Positions 28,559 through 40,300 of a stretch of DNA of 64,000 nt are shown piece by piece. Below the pieces are notes generated by a model. That model was given only the letters and a program-made list of their open reading frames with translations. It was not told where the DNA came from and did no database searches. The position numbers were made by a program, and so were the translations under genes. The stretch is from a bacterium. GTDB taxonomy: Bacteria; Bacillota_I; Bacilli_A; RFN20; CAG-288. Where the stretch lies: positions 6,518 to 70,517 of the forward strand of contig CAVILQ010000005.1 in assembly GCA_963643715.1 (NCBI GenBank), read 5' to 3'. Position 1 is the stretch's first letter. Each line of letters starts with the position of its first letter.

Positions 28559-29785
28559 CTAAATTGAGCTGATAGGCAAAAGGAATGTGCCATCGCTGAT
28601 GATTGAAATCTTATCAGCAGTACAGATGATTGCGTTCTTTCCCTTTTCGTATTTGGTGTTCTGAAGTTTTCTGAAACTCTTGGTGTTGCTTGCGTTGAAT
28701 GTCTGTCCTGCTTTTATTTCAATGCAGGATAGAAAGCCATTCTTCAGTAGAATCAGATCGACTTCATTTTGATCTGTGTCACGATAATAGTAGAATGACT
28801 GCATCTGACCAGCGTTCATGTAGCTTTTTCTGATCTCGTTGAATATGAAGGTTTCAAAGAATCTGCCTTTTAGAAAGCTTCTTTGCAATGTTTCTGCACT
28901 ATCGATACCACATAAATAGGCGGCAAGACCAGTATCAAAGAAGTACATCTTTGGCCTTTTGACCACTCGTTTGACGATTGACTCCTCATTATAGGGTTCG
29001 ACAAGATATATGATTCCGGTTTTGATCAACACTGAAATCCATGCCTTGATTGTATTGGTTGATACACCCACGTTTTTTGCGTAGTTATCATAGATCAACT
29101 CTTCACCTGTGTTGGAGGCTAGAATTTTCATGAAATTGATAAATTTCGTTTCATCATTTACGGAAATCAATTCTTTTAAGTCTTTCTCTAAATAGGTTGT
29201 TAAATAAGAGGAATAGAAAAGAGACGCCTTCATTTTTAAATCATCATATAGGACAGGGAAAAAGCCTCTGACTATATATTGGAAGGCCTTATTCTCATCA
29301 ATTGAATAATCGCCAACCCTTTTTGAAATTGTAGTCATATCAACAGTGAAAGGAAAATTGCTTCTACCATAAATTTCGGATAGTGAGAGATTATTCATAT
29401 CAAGAATAGCAACACGTCCGGAAAGAGATTCTTTCGATTTATCCAAAAGTTGTTGTCTTTGTGAACCTGATAAGATATATAACCCGTTGCTCTCTTTATT
29501 TCCTTTTTCGAGTCTGGATTTATTAACTGTTTTTTCTAATTCAGGAAATAATCCAGGAGCTTTCTGGACCTCATCTATGATGATAGGAGCGGGATGAATT
29601 TCTAAAAAAGTCTTTGGGTCTGTGATGGCTATTGACAATTCTAAAGAGTCGTCAAGAGATACATAAGAATACCCTTTTTCAAGAAAAACATTATAAAGCA
29701 AAGTCGATTTTCCGACTTGTCTTGGACCAGTAAGGAGAGCTATCGGATAGTGCTGTGCTGTATCTTCGATTACGGACTGAATGTT
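28559..29785 (-). pseudogene. DUF4143-type AAA ATPase that is probably N-terminally truncated. Its Walker A motif lies upstream of any start codon.
   Basis: The in-frame upstream translation reads NIQSVIEDTAQHYPIALLTGPRQVGKST-LYNVF.... An in-frame stop occurs at 29786-88. There is no ATG, GTG or TTG before the P-loop. The ORF-track product begins at a TTG inside the P-loop region. Confidence 0.45.
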
Positions 29786-29988
29786 TTATTTTATCGTAGG
29801 GGTTTCGTATTTTCTGCAATGCGATTGCAAATTTTACGAAAATATCATGACAAAAATAATTATGGAAAGCAGAAAGCCCTTTGAAACATAGACACATATT
29901 CAAGGTTGATAGTTCTAAAAGTTATTGACAACTAACTTTCTTAATGATAACTTATATGAGTTAGTATAATCTAACTACTGGAGTACCT

Positions 29989-32049
29989 ATGCTGCTGAGA
30001 CTAAAAAACATCGGAAAAATCTACAATTCGAATGATATATTGACCATCGGTGTTAGAAACATCGATCTATCATTTGATTACAACGAGTTCGTTACAATCG
30101 AAGGTGAATCAGGTTCAGGAAAATCGACTCTTTTGAATGTTATTGCCGCTAATGATACCTATGAGGAAGGAGAACTCTACTTCAATGAAGAAGAGACTTC
30201 TCACTATTCCTCATTGGATTGGGAGAAATATCGCGAGAATAATATCGCGATGATTTTCCAAGATTTCAATATCATTGAAAACCTTTCTGTCTTAGAGAAT
30301 GTGGAACTTGCTCTCTTCCGTATTCCTGATATAGCTAAGAGAAAGGAAATCGCAAAAGGCCTGATTGAGAAAGTTGGACTAACTAAGCAGATGCATCATA
30401 AGGGTTCTCATCTATCTGGTGGTGAGAAACAGCGCTGTGTCATCGCCCGTGCCTTAGCAAAAGATTCTCCTATCATCTTAGCGGATGAGCCAACAGGGAA
30501 TTTGGATTCAAAGTCTTCAAGAGAAGTCGCTAGGATTCTAAAGGAAGTATCAAAGGACAAACTAGTCATAGTTGTCACACATAACCCAGAATTCTTCAAA
30601 GAATATGCAACACGAAGAATCCTGATCTCAGATGGAAAACTGAAGGAAGACAAAGTCATCACTCCTGTAGAACATAAGGAGATTGAAAAGGCAGAAACGA
30701 AAACGACAAAGAGATTGAAGCTGAAGAATATCCTTCGCCTTGGTTATCTGAATTATAAATCCAGGCCGAAGTTCTCTACTCTTATGAGTATCGCACTATC
30801 GGTTATTGCAGTCAGCCTATTCGTTGTTCTACAGAGTGTCAACTCCTTCTTAGTCTCCCCTTTGACTAAGACCATTGATGATGTAGCAATCTCAGGAAAA
30901 GTGATTTTATCCAATACCGAAGGATACATCAAAGAGGATGCTCTAGATGAGATATGTGCTTCTACTAGTGCCTCTTACTTCATCTATGATAGAGAACTTT
31001 CGGAATTCACTATCACAGTGCCGAAGAAAGAGAATATGTACAAGGAATATGATGTTACCTGTATCTATGATCCAATCAATCACAAGGTGAAGGACAAGGA
31101 AGGACTTCTTGTCATTCCTGAATCTTATAAAGGGGATGCAAATGACATCATCGATGTCATTCAGGATGCCAATTCCTTCATTGCCAAGATTGATGTACAA
31201 ACTTCCTTAGATGATACGGACATAAAGTTTTATCTCTCATATGACAATATGCAGACAAATGGAAAAAAGATCAAGGCAATCAATTCCACTGTCAAAATCG
31301 GAGAAAATGAGACTAATATCTACACCTTTGAAAAGAATGAAGAGTTGAAGGATGGCCAAGTCAACTTAGTCAACTCAAATTACTATGATGTCAAAGGCAA
31401 GTATCTAACGAGTGAGATAGCAACATCAAAGATTTTCACAGTTGTCGATGATACCAAAAAGGATAAAAGCATCGATGGCATCATCGTAGAACTGAGTCAG
31501 AATGACTACAGTGATATCTTTGAGACAAAGAGTGAGACAAAGCAGTCTGCAATCTACTTTGAAAATGATGAGTTAGCAAAGAAGGCGTTGGATAAACTTC
31601 CGGATGGGTATATCGGAATGTTATCGACATCAACAGTCTTTGTATCGAATGCTGGAACCGTATTTGCACTGAATGTAGTCTATTACATCTGTCTCATTGC
31701 AATCAGTGTCATACTCGCTGCTGTCTTATTTGTCATCTTCATGCGCTCTATCCGTATCTATCGCTCTGATTTCGCTATCTATAAGACTTTAGGAATCTCA
31801 TCCTTTATCTCCAAAGGATCCTTGTATGTTCAGATGGTTCTTACCTTTGTTCCAACCCTAGTGTTGATTCCTATCGTCTCTTACTTCGCTACGATGATCA
31901 AACCCTTCACTCTTACCTATTTGAGCTTTGGAAACTATCTGTTTATTGAACTGTTGATTCTCTTGATCGTCTTACTTGTTGCTTATGGATTTAACAAGAA
32001 TATGAACAAGTCGAAGATTTCACAGGTGTTAAGGAGGGGCTCGAAATGA
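29989..32049 (+). CDS. MacB/FtsX-type ABC transporter with a fused ATP-binding domain and permease
   Basis: The N-terminal ABC domain carries GESGSGKSTLLN, LSGGEKQRCVIARAL and ILADEPTGNLD. TM1 is followed by a roughly 270-aa extracytoplasmic domain and three C-terminal TMs. Confidence 0.75.
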   Translation: MLLRLKNIGKIYNSNDILTIGVRNIDLSFDYNEFVTIEGESGSGKSTLLNVIAANDTYEEGELYFNEEETSHYSSLDWEKYRENNIAMIFQDFNIIENLSVLENVELALFRIPDIAKRKEIAKGLIEKVGLTKQMHHKGSHLSGGEKQRCVIARALAKDSPIILADEPTGNLDSKSSREVARILKEVSKDKLVIVVTHNPEFFKEYATRRILISDGKLKEDKVITPVEHKEIEKAETKTTKRLKLKNILRLGYLNYKSRPKFSTLMSIALSVIAVSLFVVLQSVNSFLVSPLTKTIDDVAISGKVILSNTEGYIKEDALDEICASTSASYFIYDRELSEFTITVPKKENMYKEYDVTCIYDPINHKVKDKEGLLVIPESYKGDANDIIDVIQDANSFIAKIDVQTSLDDTDIKFYLSYDNMQTNGKKIKAINSTVKIGENETNIYTFEKNEELKDGQVNLVNSNYYDVKGKYLTSEIATSKIFTVVDDTKKDKSIDGIIVELSQNDYSDIFETKSETKQSAIYFENDELAKKALDKLPDGYIGMLSTSTVFVSNAGTVFALNVVYYICLIAISVILAAVLFVIFMRSIRIYRSDFAIYKTLGISSFISKGSLYVQMVLTFVPTLVLIPIVSYFATMIKPFTLTYLSFGNYLFIELLILLIVLLVAYGFNKNMNKSKISQVLRRGSK

Positions 32050-34274
32050 TAAAAGCATCAAATCTCTCCAAATCATATGGGACAATGTTCAGGAAGACGA
32101 AGATATTGAACGATGTCTCATTCGAACTTCCTGAAAAAGGACTGTTTGCAATCTTTGGTAAATCCGGTTCCGGTAAAACGACATTGCTGAATATCCTTGG
32201 CGGATTGGATAAGCAGGATGATGGCGAAGTCATCATCGACGGTGAGAAAATCACAGATTCCAATCGTGACAAGGTCAGAAACAAAAAGATTGGATTCATC
32301 TTCCAGAACTATTATCTAGAAGGTGATTGCACAATCGGTGAGATCCTTGAACATCAGATGAGAATCGCTGGATTTACATCGGAAGAGGAAATCAAAAGAA
32401 GAAGCGATATCGTTCTTGATCTAGTTGATTTGAAAAAATACGAGAAGAAAAGTTCAGACGCTCTCTCAGGTGGTCAGAAACAAAGAGTCGCTATCGCAAG
32501 AGCACTGATCAAAGGTTCTGACATCATCCTTGCTGATGAACCGACAGGAAACTTAGATAGTCAGAATACGATTAAGGTCATGGATATCTTAAAAGAGATA
32601 TCGAAGACGAAACTGGTTGTATTAGTCACGCATGAGACGAGTCTTATCAATAAGTATGCTGACAATCATATCGAATTGATTGATGGAAGGCTTGTCGAGA
32701 ACACTATTGTCGAAGATGTCAAAGGCTATAAGATGGAAGAAAGCCACGATGTCAAGGCGCTCGACTTCACGAAAAGTGAAAAGAAGAAGACAGGAAGACT
32801 CTTCCATCTAAAGAATCTATTCAAGAAGTCGGAAGAGAAAGACTCCAATCTCTTGAAAAGAATTTTCATAACAATCATGGCACTATACACCTGTGCGTTA
32901 GGGTTCTTAATCAATCAAGCTTATACGACAACAAACATTCATAAGGCGGTGAATGACAAAGCTTTGTATACGAATCTGAATGTCTACTCGGAGCTTCCGA
33001 TGATCGACAAGGCAAACTATAGTTCCATCGATTTCTTTGAAATCAATATGAAAGAGGCAGCATTCTCTTACGAGAACATCTCCTCTGTCAAAGGCGTGAA
33101 AGAGAAATATGCGCCGAAGCCGATTGAAGAAGATACGGTATTCACTTCACTCTATGGGACGATGCCAAAAAGTGGAGAAGTCCTCCTATCAAGAGGACTA
33201 GCTGATCAGATTAAGCATGATCTTCGAAATGATGACTTGTCGAAAGATGATGCTCTGCTTCTTATGAGGTTTGATAACGATTATCAGATATCGGGAATCG
33301 TTGAATCGAATGATAGAGTCGTCTATTTCCCAAAAGAGGATTACGTCAATTATCTTGGCATCTACAACGATTTGAAGATTGTCGACAATCAGAATATCTT
33401 CTTCACGGACAACTATGCTTCTATGACCTATTCCGCAACAATCAAAGTCTATGACGGAGATAAGGACTTGAAGAAGAATCAGACAATTATCGATATATCA
33501 AGAAACTCGTTATATAAGATGATGGAAGACACATCACAATGTGATTACTATGTTGAAGAAGCAAATAAGAAACTTGTGAATATGTCAACAGCGATTTACA
33601 TCGAAAACAGTGAAATGTATGTAAAAAGCTTCAACATCACAAGAGATAGCATCTCCACGGATATCATCATCTATGTCACACAGGAGACCTTAGCGAATAT
33701 CTTTGTCTACCTGACACCGAATATCGAAGTCTTAGGTAACGACACTTCTACTTCTTACTACTTCGAGATTTCTGCTTCAACAGATGAACAAATCAGCAAT
33801 CTCAAGGAAAGATTCAAGCAAAGAGGCATCAATACAGTCGATATCAAGGCAATCTACGATAAAGAGGACGAGGATACTCTTAAGAGCAATCTCCAGATTG
33901 TCTATATCTTCCTAGCCGGCATGCTTCTCTTCTATATCATCTACTACTTCATGGAGATGTCCGATAGTACAAAGAACAGCAAAGAATACGGAATCTATAG
34001 AGCGATTGGTGTGAATAAGTCCAACCTCTTATTCCGAGAGATGATACGAACAATCTACAAGAATGTCTCAATCATGCTCTTCACTATGGTAGTAGGAACA
34101 GTGCTATGCACAGTCTATTATGCCGTATGCAACTTGACGATACCTCTCTTCTTAGCTATCAGTTTCGGATTGTTCCTATCCGGTTCGATGCTTATGGTAC
34201 TTGTCTCGCTTCTTCCTTATTTGTTTGTCATTGTTAAGACGCCGAGCGAAATCATCGCAAGATACGATATATAA
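32046..34274 (+). CDS. second MacB/FtsX-type ABC ATPase-permease fusion, the likely heterodimer partner
   Basis: It carries GKSGSGKTTLLN, LSGGQKQRVAIARAL and ILADEPTGNLD. The C-terminal FtsX-like TMs are present. It overlaps the preceding gene by 4 nt. Confidence 0.75.
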   Translation: MIKASNLSKSYGTMFRKTKILNDVSFELPEKGLFAIFGKSGSGKTTLLNILGGLDKQDDGEVIIDGEKITDSNRDKVRNKKIGFIFQNYYLEGDCTIGEILEHQMRIAGFTSEEEIKRRSDIVLDLVDLKKYEKKSSDALSGGQKQRVAIARALIKGSDIILADEPTGNLDSQNTIKVMDILKEISKTKLVVLVTHETSLINKYADNHIELIDGRLVENTIVEDVKGYKMEESHDVKALDFTKSEKKKTGRLFHLKNLFKKSEEKDSNLLKRIFITIMALYTCALGFLINQAYTTTNIHKAVNDKALYTNLNVYSELPMIDKANYSSIDFFEINMKEAAFSYENISSVKGVKEKYAPKPIEEDTVFTSLYGTMPKSGEVLLSRGLADQIKHDLRNDDLSKDDALLLMRFDNDYQISGIVESNDRVVYFPKEDYVNYLGIYNDLKIVDNQNIFFTDNYASMTYSATIKVYDGDKDLKKNQTIIDISRNSLYKMMEDTSQCDYYVEEANKKLVNMSTAIYIENSEMYVKSFNITRDSISTDIIIYVTQETLANIFVYLTPNIEVLGNDTSTSYYFEISASTDEQISNLKERFKQRGINTVDIKAIYDKEDEDTLKSNLQIVYIFLAGMLLFYIIYYFMEMSDSTKNSKEYGIYRAIGVNKSNLLFREMIRTIYKNVSIMLFTMVVGTVLCTVYYAVCNLTIPLFLAISFGLFLSGSMLMVLVSLLPYLFVIVKTPSEIIARYDI

Positions 34275-34291
34275 AAAAGAGGATAACAAAA

Positions 34292-37200
34292 ATGAAAAAA
34301 AGAAAATTACTGTCGATTATGTTCTTGTCCGCTTCTATCCTTTCTACAGCCGCTATCGCTTCCTGTTCAAAAGGTGGAGACACAAATAACCCAGTCAGTG
34401 AGAGTCAGAAAGTAGCGGATAAGGTAGTCACCTTCAAGGTTCAGGATGAAAACGGAGAATGGAAGAACTATGGAGAACCACAGACCATCGTCAATGGAAA
34501 AGTCTCCCTTCCGAGCAATCCGACAAAGCAGTACTATACCTTCCGTGGATGGTTCTTGGATACGAACTGGGTCAATGAATTCAAAAACGAGAATCTGACC
34601 GACGGTGCAACAGTATATGCTTACTTTGTTGCAGATGAAGTCAATATTGTCATCAATGGTGAATCTCAGGGAACAAGAGATTTGATCGATGTCATCAATG
34701 GAACCTACAATCCTGGTGAAGGACTTACCTTTGATGGCTGGTATACCGATCCAGACTGCAAAGTCAAATTCAATCCGGGCGATCCTGCAAAGACACTTTA
34801 TGCACAGAGTGTTGCTACAATCACGTTCAACAATGGATATGAGGATGTCTATGTCACAAAAATCAAACCGAATGAAGTCATGACAAATCCAGCCCTTGAT
34901 TCAGTTGAAGTGGATGGCGTGACAACTACCGTCGAAGCTAGCCAGATTGTCAAATCCTATATGTCAGATGAAGATGTCTATTATCTTGACGAAGATGGCA
35001 CTGAAATCGACTTCACCAAAGCGGTCACCAAGAATATGAATGTCCGTGTTGCTTGGAAGACCCCATTCTTGAAATACCAATACTGTGACAACGGTTCTGG
35101 GAACACGATTCTTTTGTGCTTAGGAACTTATGGAAATTTGTCTGGCTCTGATAGCAACAAGGCAAAACTTGCGGATGTTCCGGTCATCTCCTTCCCTTCT
35201 AAAGTCACTTTGATGGATAAAGACGGAAACAAGACGACACATGACATCAAAGGTGTCTATGTCTATGACAACAAAATCTTTGATTCCACTGCTTTAAAGA
35301 AAGTCATCGTCCAAGAGGGAATCAAAATGATCCGTGGATTCTCTTCCACTTCTGGAACGTCAGGCGTCACTTCTTTCCAGCTTCCTTCGACCTTGAAAAT
35401 CATGCAGGACTCTTTCAACAACCTCAATATCGATGAGAACAGTGTTGTCATTCCGAACAGCGTGGAAGCTATCTACGACTGTTTCTTCAAAGGCGCAACA
35501 GTCAATTACAACAATGAGTCTTTGACCTACTACACAGGCACTGCATATGATTTCGATATCAACGTTCCGGATTCAGTAAAGAGTTTGTCCATCGTTCCTT
35601 TGAATCTGAAATTCTCTTCTAACTCTACATTCCAGAATGATGGTAAGATGATCACTCAGACGACGGAGAAGGGAAAAGTCCTCATTTCCTATAATGAAAT
35701 TGATGAGAATGGTGTCATCAAAGTTCCGGAAGGAATTGAAGGTATACAGGTAGGCACCTTTGTCAATCGTACGGATATTAGGAAATTAGTTCTTCCTTCC
35801 ACATTCAAGTTCATCAACTATAACTTAAATCTTACCGATTACCAGGACTGCTATGGATGGTATCAAGGGAAATATACATGCAACGAATGCTATCTTTACA
35901 ATACGACGCTGACAGAAAATGATTATGCCTATTGTGCTCGTCTTGTCGTTTCAAACCTTGATACAATCAGTTATTTGGTCTTTACCTGTGATGTTGATGA
36001 CGAGGTCTATCAGGCATTCGCCGGAAATGCAAGTGCCTATGCTTATTACTATGGTACCTTTACTCCATCCAATGATGAAGTCTATATGGATATCAATACT
36101 GTCAATCTCAAAGAGACTTCCACTCCTAAAGTCAAGGTTACTGTTACCAACACTTTCACAGGCGCTAAGTACACTGTGACAATCGATAGAGAAAATCAGG
36201 ATGCCATCACATATGATGAAATCTTCGCCGCTTTGGATAAGCAGTATTCTACTTCCTATCAGAGCCTTATCACAGATAAGAAGGTTGCTATCACTAAGAC
36301 ATTGAATATGCTAGAAGACTACGATATCACTAGTTCCATTAAGACAAATCTCTATATGGATATTGTTGTTGATTATGTTGTTGATCAGGCTGGTGTCACA
36401 TATACGACAAGTGGTGACGAAGTCACAATCACTGGTTTTGATGAGGATACTGCCATCAATCTCGGTGATGATTCTTATGCTGTTATCATACCGGATGCAA
36501 TCGATGGAAAGAATGTCACCAAGATCGCAGCGGATGCGTTCAAAGAAAAAGCCAATATCAAGATTGTCAAATTAGGAAAGAACATCAAGACCATTGAAAA
36601 GAATGCGTTCTTGGATGCTATCGCATTAGACAAGATTGATTTCAATAATGCCAAATTAGAGGCAATCGGAGAAAGTGCATTTGAGAATACAGCGGTTACT
36701 TCCTTAAGTTTCAGCATAGCATCTTTGAAGACTGTTGGGGATGCAGCATTCAAGATATCTTCTTTGGCTAATTTTGTTCCTGTCAATGGAGAAGAAACAA
36801 GAAATGTAACAAATGTGAGCGATGGTGAATTCTACTTCGTTCCATATCAGGTGCCTAATGACGCATGGACCGCATTGATTACGAAATATCTTGGCTTGAA
36901 TCAGAAGGTCTCTTCGACAACTGATGATGAGACAAATATTACGACTTATGATGCGAAGATGTACGCTTTCAGTAGCAGTGCAAGCGTAAGCGAATGCATC
37001 AACATCGGCGAGAACCACGAAGATGAAAATTATGTCGTCCGTTACGAAGTCATGACGGGCGCATTGACCGACCTCACATTTGACTCTAGCTGCTATCTTG
37101 CATTGAATTATGTTTCTAAAATTCATACTAATGCAATCACTGGCGCTACTGTCAATAGAAAAGGCATCCAATATTCGGCATCTGGTTTAGGAGTTACGAC

Positions 37201-37312
37201 TTCAGTCACAACAGTTCAGACATTGGTAGAAGCTCTTCCGAATGTATTCGAAGATGGCTGGATTGATAATTATGATTCCATCAAGAGCGTTAAGGTTGGT
37301 GCTTTGAACTAA
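34292..37312 (+). CDS. surface lipoprotein with Listeria-Bacteroides (Flg_new) repeats and a C-terminal BspA-type leucine-rich repeat region
   Basis: Lipobox IASCSKG. The Flg_new signatures YYTFRGWFLDTNW and LTFDGWYTDPDCK are present. The LRR region reads KIVKLGKNIKTIEKNAFLDAIALDKIDFNNAKLEAIGESAFENTAVTSL. Confidence 0.6.
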   Translation: MKKRKLLSIMFLSASILSTAAIASCSKGGDTNNPVSESQKVADKVVTFKVQDENGEWKNYGEPQTIVNGKVSLPSNPTKQYYTFRGWFLDTNWVNEFKNENLTDGATVYAYFVADEVNIVINGESQGTRDLIDVINGTYNPGEGLTFDGWYTDPDCKVKFNPGDPAKTLYAQSVATITFNNGYEDVYVTKIKPNEVMTNPALDSVEVDGVTTTVEASQIVKSYMSDEDVYYLDEDGTEIDFTKAVTKNMNVRVAWKTPFLKYQYCDNGSGNTILLCLGTYGNLSGSDSNKAKLADVPVISFPSKVTLMDKDGNKTTHDIKGVYVYDNKIFDSTALKKVIVQEGIKMIRGFSSTSGTSGVTSFQLPSTLKIMQDSFNNLNIDENSVVIPNSVEAIYDCFFKGATVNYNNESLTYYTGTAYDFDINVPDSVKSLSIVPLNLKFSSNSTFQNDGKMITQTTEKGKVLISYNEIDENGVIKVPEGIEGIQVGTFVNRTDIRKLVLPSTFKFINYNLNLTDYQDCYGWYQGKYTCNECYLYNTTLTENDYAYCARLVVSNLDTISYLVFTCDVDDEVYQAFAGNASAYAYYYGTFTPSNDEVYMDINTVNLKETSTPKVKVTVTNTFTGAKYTVTIDRENQDAITYDEIFAALDKQYSTSYQSLITDKKVAITKTLNMLEDYDITSSIKTNLYMDIVVDYVVDQAGVTYTTSGDEVTITGFDEDTAINLGDDSYAVIIPDAIDGKNVTKIAADAFKEKANIKIVKLGKNIKTIEKNAFLDAIALDKIDFNNAKLEAIGESAFENTAVTSLSFSIASLKTVGDAAFKISSLANFVPVNGEETRNVTNVSDGEFYFVPYQVPNDAWTALITKYLGLNQKVSSTTDDETNITTYDAKMYAFSSSASVSECINIGENHEDENYVVRYEVMTGALTDLTFDSSCYLALNYVSKIHTNAITGATVNRKGIQYSASGLGVTTSVTTVQTLVEALPNVFEDGWIDNYDSIKSVKVGALN

Positions 37313-37343
37313 TTCAACTTATTGACGCAGAAAGGAGCTTTTC

Positions 37344-40300
37344 ATGAAAAGACTCACTTTTTCAAAAAGATTTTTGCTATTGTTCACACTCACTATGGGA
37401 GCTTGCTCCCTTAGTGCGTGTTCATCGTCTGTCACAGATCCTATCGACTTGATCATCGAAAAGTATGGAGACAAAGAGTTCAAGATCTCATTCAGCTCCT
37501 ATAATCTCGATGAACCTCTTAGCGATATCATCTACACGGCAAACAACATCCCTAAGCTTCCGACTCCGACAAAGGTTGGATATCGTTTTTCGGGTTGGTA
37601 TTTTGATGAGGCGTATACCGAAGCATATAGCAAAGAATCTCTCTACATGAAGATGAAAAACATCACTCTTTATGCGAAGTGGGAAAAGGAAGGCTTCATC
37701 AATAACGGAATCTATGAGATTGATTTTGAGGCGAATATTCTAGATAATACAATCAACAAAGGAAAACTAGCAGACACCTATGGTTATCTGAAGTTTCCGG
37801 ATCTCATCGTCAAGGATGAGACCTATATTGAGAAGAATACGAATGGTCTATTCCTTCGTATCCAATATGATATGAAGTATCATTGCCCAACAATTGATGA
37901 TGAAGGCAATTTAGGGACGTTGACTGTCAAAGTCAGTGACAACAATTCCCGTATCTCGGAAACAGAGAGCATCATCGATAGAACGGGTACGATTGAGACA
38001 ATCTATTACGATTTTTCTGACTGCAACGTATCCGATAGCATTTACCTCAATGTCGAATTCTACAATTGGAATGCAAAGCTCGATAATGAGAGTGATAGAG
38101 TCTATACAAAGGTCGGCTATACTGTCGAATTCAAGATTAAGAAATTCATCGGATATACTACTTCTTATGTCAATAGCGAAGACCAGCTCTCTGATGGCTA
38201 CTATCTTGTTAAGACACATTATGCATCTTTGAATAAGGCATCAAGCATGTTAGATGCATTCAATCCTGTATATTCCTATATCTATGCGAAGAATGGACAT
38301 TATCAGCTGATTAAGCCGATGAATGTCTATAACTCCGATATCATCGGAGATATGAGCAAGGAAGACTATAACCATGTAAAGACGGGATATGCTAGAGACT
38401 TTGCGTATTTCCGTTTCGATCAGAGCATCGTTGCATCCGATGAGGATGTAGAAGACAATTTCGGATCGATAGACTGGGCGGAATTTTTTGACGCACAGGA
38501 ATTTGGTGATCTGACTTATGAGTTCGATAAGAACACGGGCAAATATTATTATGTCTTTGATTTAGGAAACAAGGCAAATGTCGATCTTATTCTTATCGGC
38601 GCATCCACTGGTGCAATGACTGAGATGTTTAACATGGGACCGACCTACAAACGTCTTGTCATCGATTACTCTTCTATGATCAAAGTATCGGATATCGATT
38701 ATGTGCCGTTAAGCGGTGCCTCCTTCTCCTATTCGTCAACTCAGGCTTTCTATCTCTATACGGATTTTGCTTCCTTGAAAGGCAACACCATTTACGAAGC
38801 TGAACAGACTTATGGAATGTCGAACAATCTCGTTAATGTCTTTTATGGTTCAAATGACGGTAACAGGATCAGCGACTTGTATTCGACCAAGGTGACAATC
38901 AGACCAATCACAACAAAGAACATTCAAGAAAACAAAGGAAATATCTTTACCTTTGAAGTCATCTCTGAATGCTTTGGATATGATCCCTCTACTGCGAAAG
39001 CTCCTCTATATAGCGATGAGATAGAATGGCAGACATTCTCAAACTACTCTCAGCGTGTCACAAAGAGAATCGAATTAGGATATGAGGCAAAGGAGAATGA
39101 AAATATCGACATCTACTCTCTTTATCGAAATAAGGTAGATGATACTCTTTTAGACAAGAAGTTAAGTTACACTGCCTATGAACTGAAGACGAATGGTGAA
39201 GTTGATTATTCTAAGACTGTCGATATCAATCTAAGCGAGAACAACACCTTTCGATTCTCAAAAAATATTGCATTATATCTTCAGGGGGAGTTCAGCGGAA
39301 AGATAAAATCTGCTTTGATTTCCATTGTAGGAAAAGAGGATCCGGATATCACGATTATCGATAACTATGAATATGAGGATGAGGAATATGACATCACATG
39401 GACCTATGATGCTACAACAGATAACTATGTCTCATCTAAACCTTATCTGAAGGGTGATAAAGCCCATATTCCAGAGATCAGATATACATCATACGGAAAT
39501 GAATATACTTCTCTTGATGCGTATGATTCTCAAAGCGATTCTTATCATATGAATCAGGAGAGAATCAGCATCTATGATTATTCTAATAACAACTATAATA
39601 AGGTATCCTACGATTATGTGGTCTGGGGCGATTCCATGTTTGATATGACAGGAGATACGATGTTTGTCGTTTATCAGTTAGTGGATCGATACGGTTATTC
39701 GAAAAACATCACTTTAGCATATAAAGGCGAAGAAAAAGGCACCTATCAGATAACTAGAAATGGAGAAGTTGTCTCATCCGGTGTCCAGTATTATCAGGCA
39801 GATGGAACAAGAAGAGACATTACAGTTTATGATAAGAATCCGATTCCTTTCACTAGCGCTGATGATGCAATAAATGCTGAATATACACTTAAGATCGGTC
39901 AGGATGAATATCCGTTTGCTATAAAACAGTTCTCTGTGTATACAAAAGAAAGTACAACAGTAGGAAACACAAGCACAGAACTTTCTGATGCTATATCTCA
40001 TAGCAACTATGCTTTGATCTATTTTGAATATCAGCATAATGAGGATATCTATACGGTATATTATGTCTATAACATCAAATTGAACGGAAAGAATTTCTCG
40101 GATTATTCTATTCTCAACAATAAGGAATTCTTCACCAATACGCAGTATAAATTTGAAAACATCATCTCAATGGATTCAAATGGAATCAATCTTTCTACAA
40201 GTTATCCTGAATTCAAGAAGTATGCAAACGGATACTATACTGCCATCAGTGCATCCGATATGACGAATGCGAATAATATCTCCTTCACCTTTTTGACAAG

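Noticed and set aside
34201-34389. 62-aa ORF spanning the ABC2 stop and the lipoprotein start
   Set aside because: It is out of frame with both well-supported flanking genes. It is an artefact.
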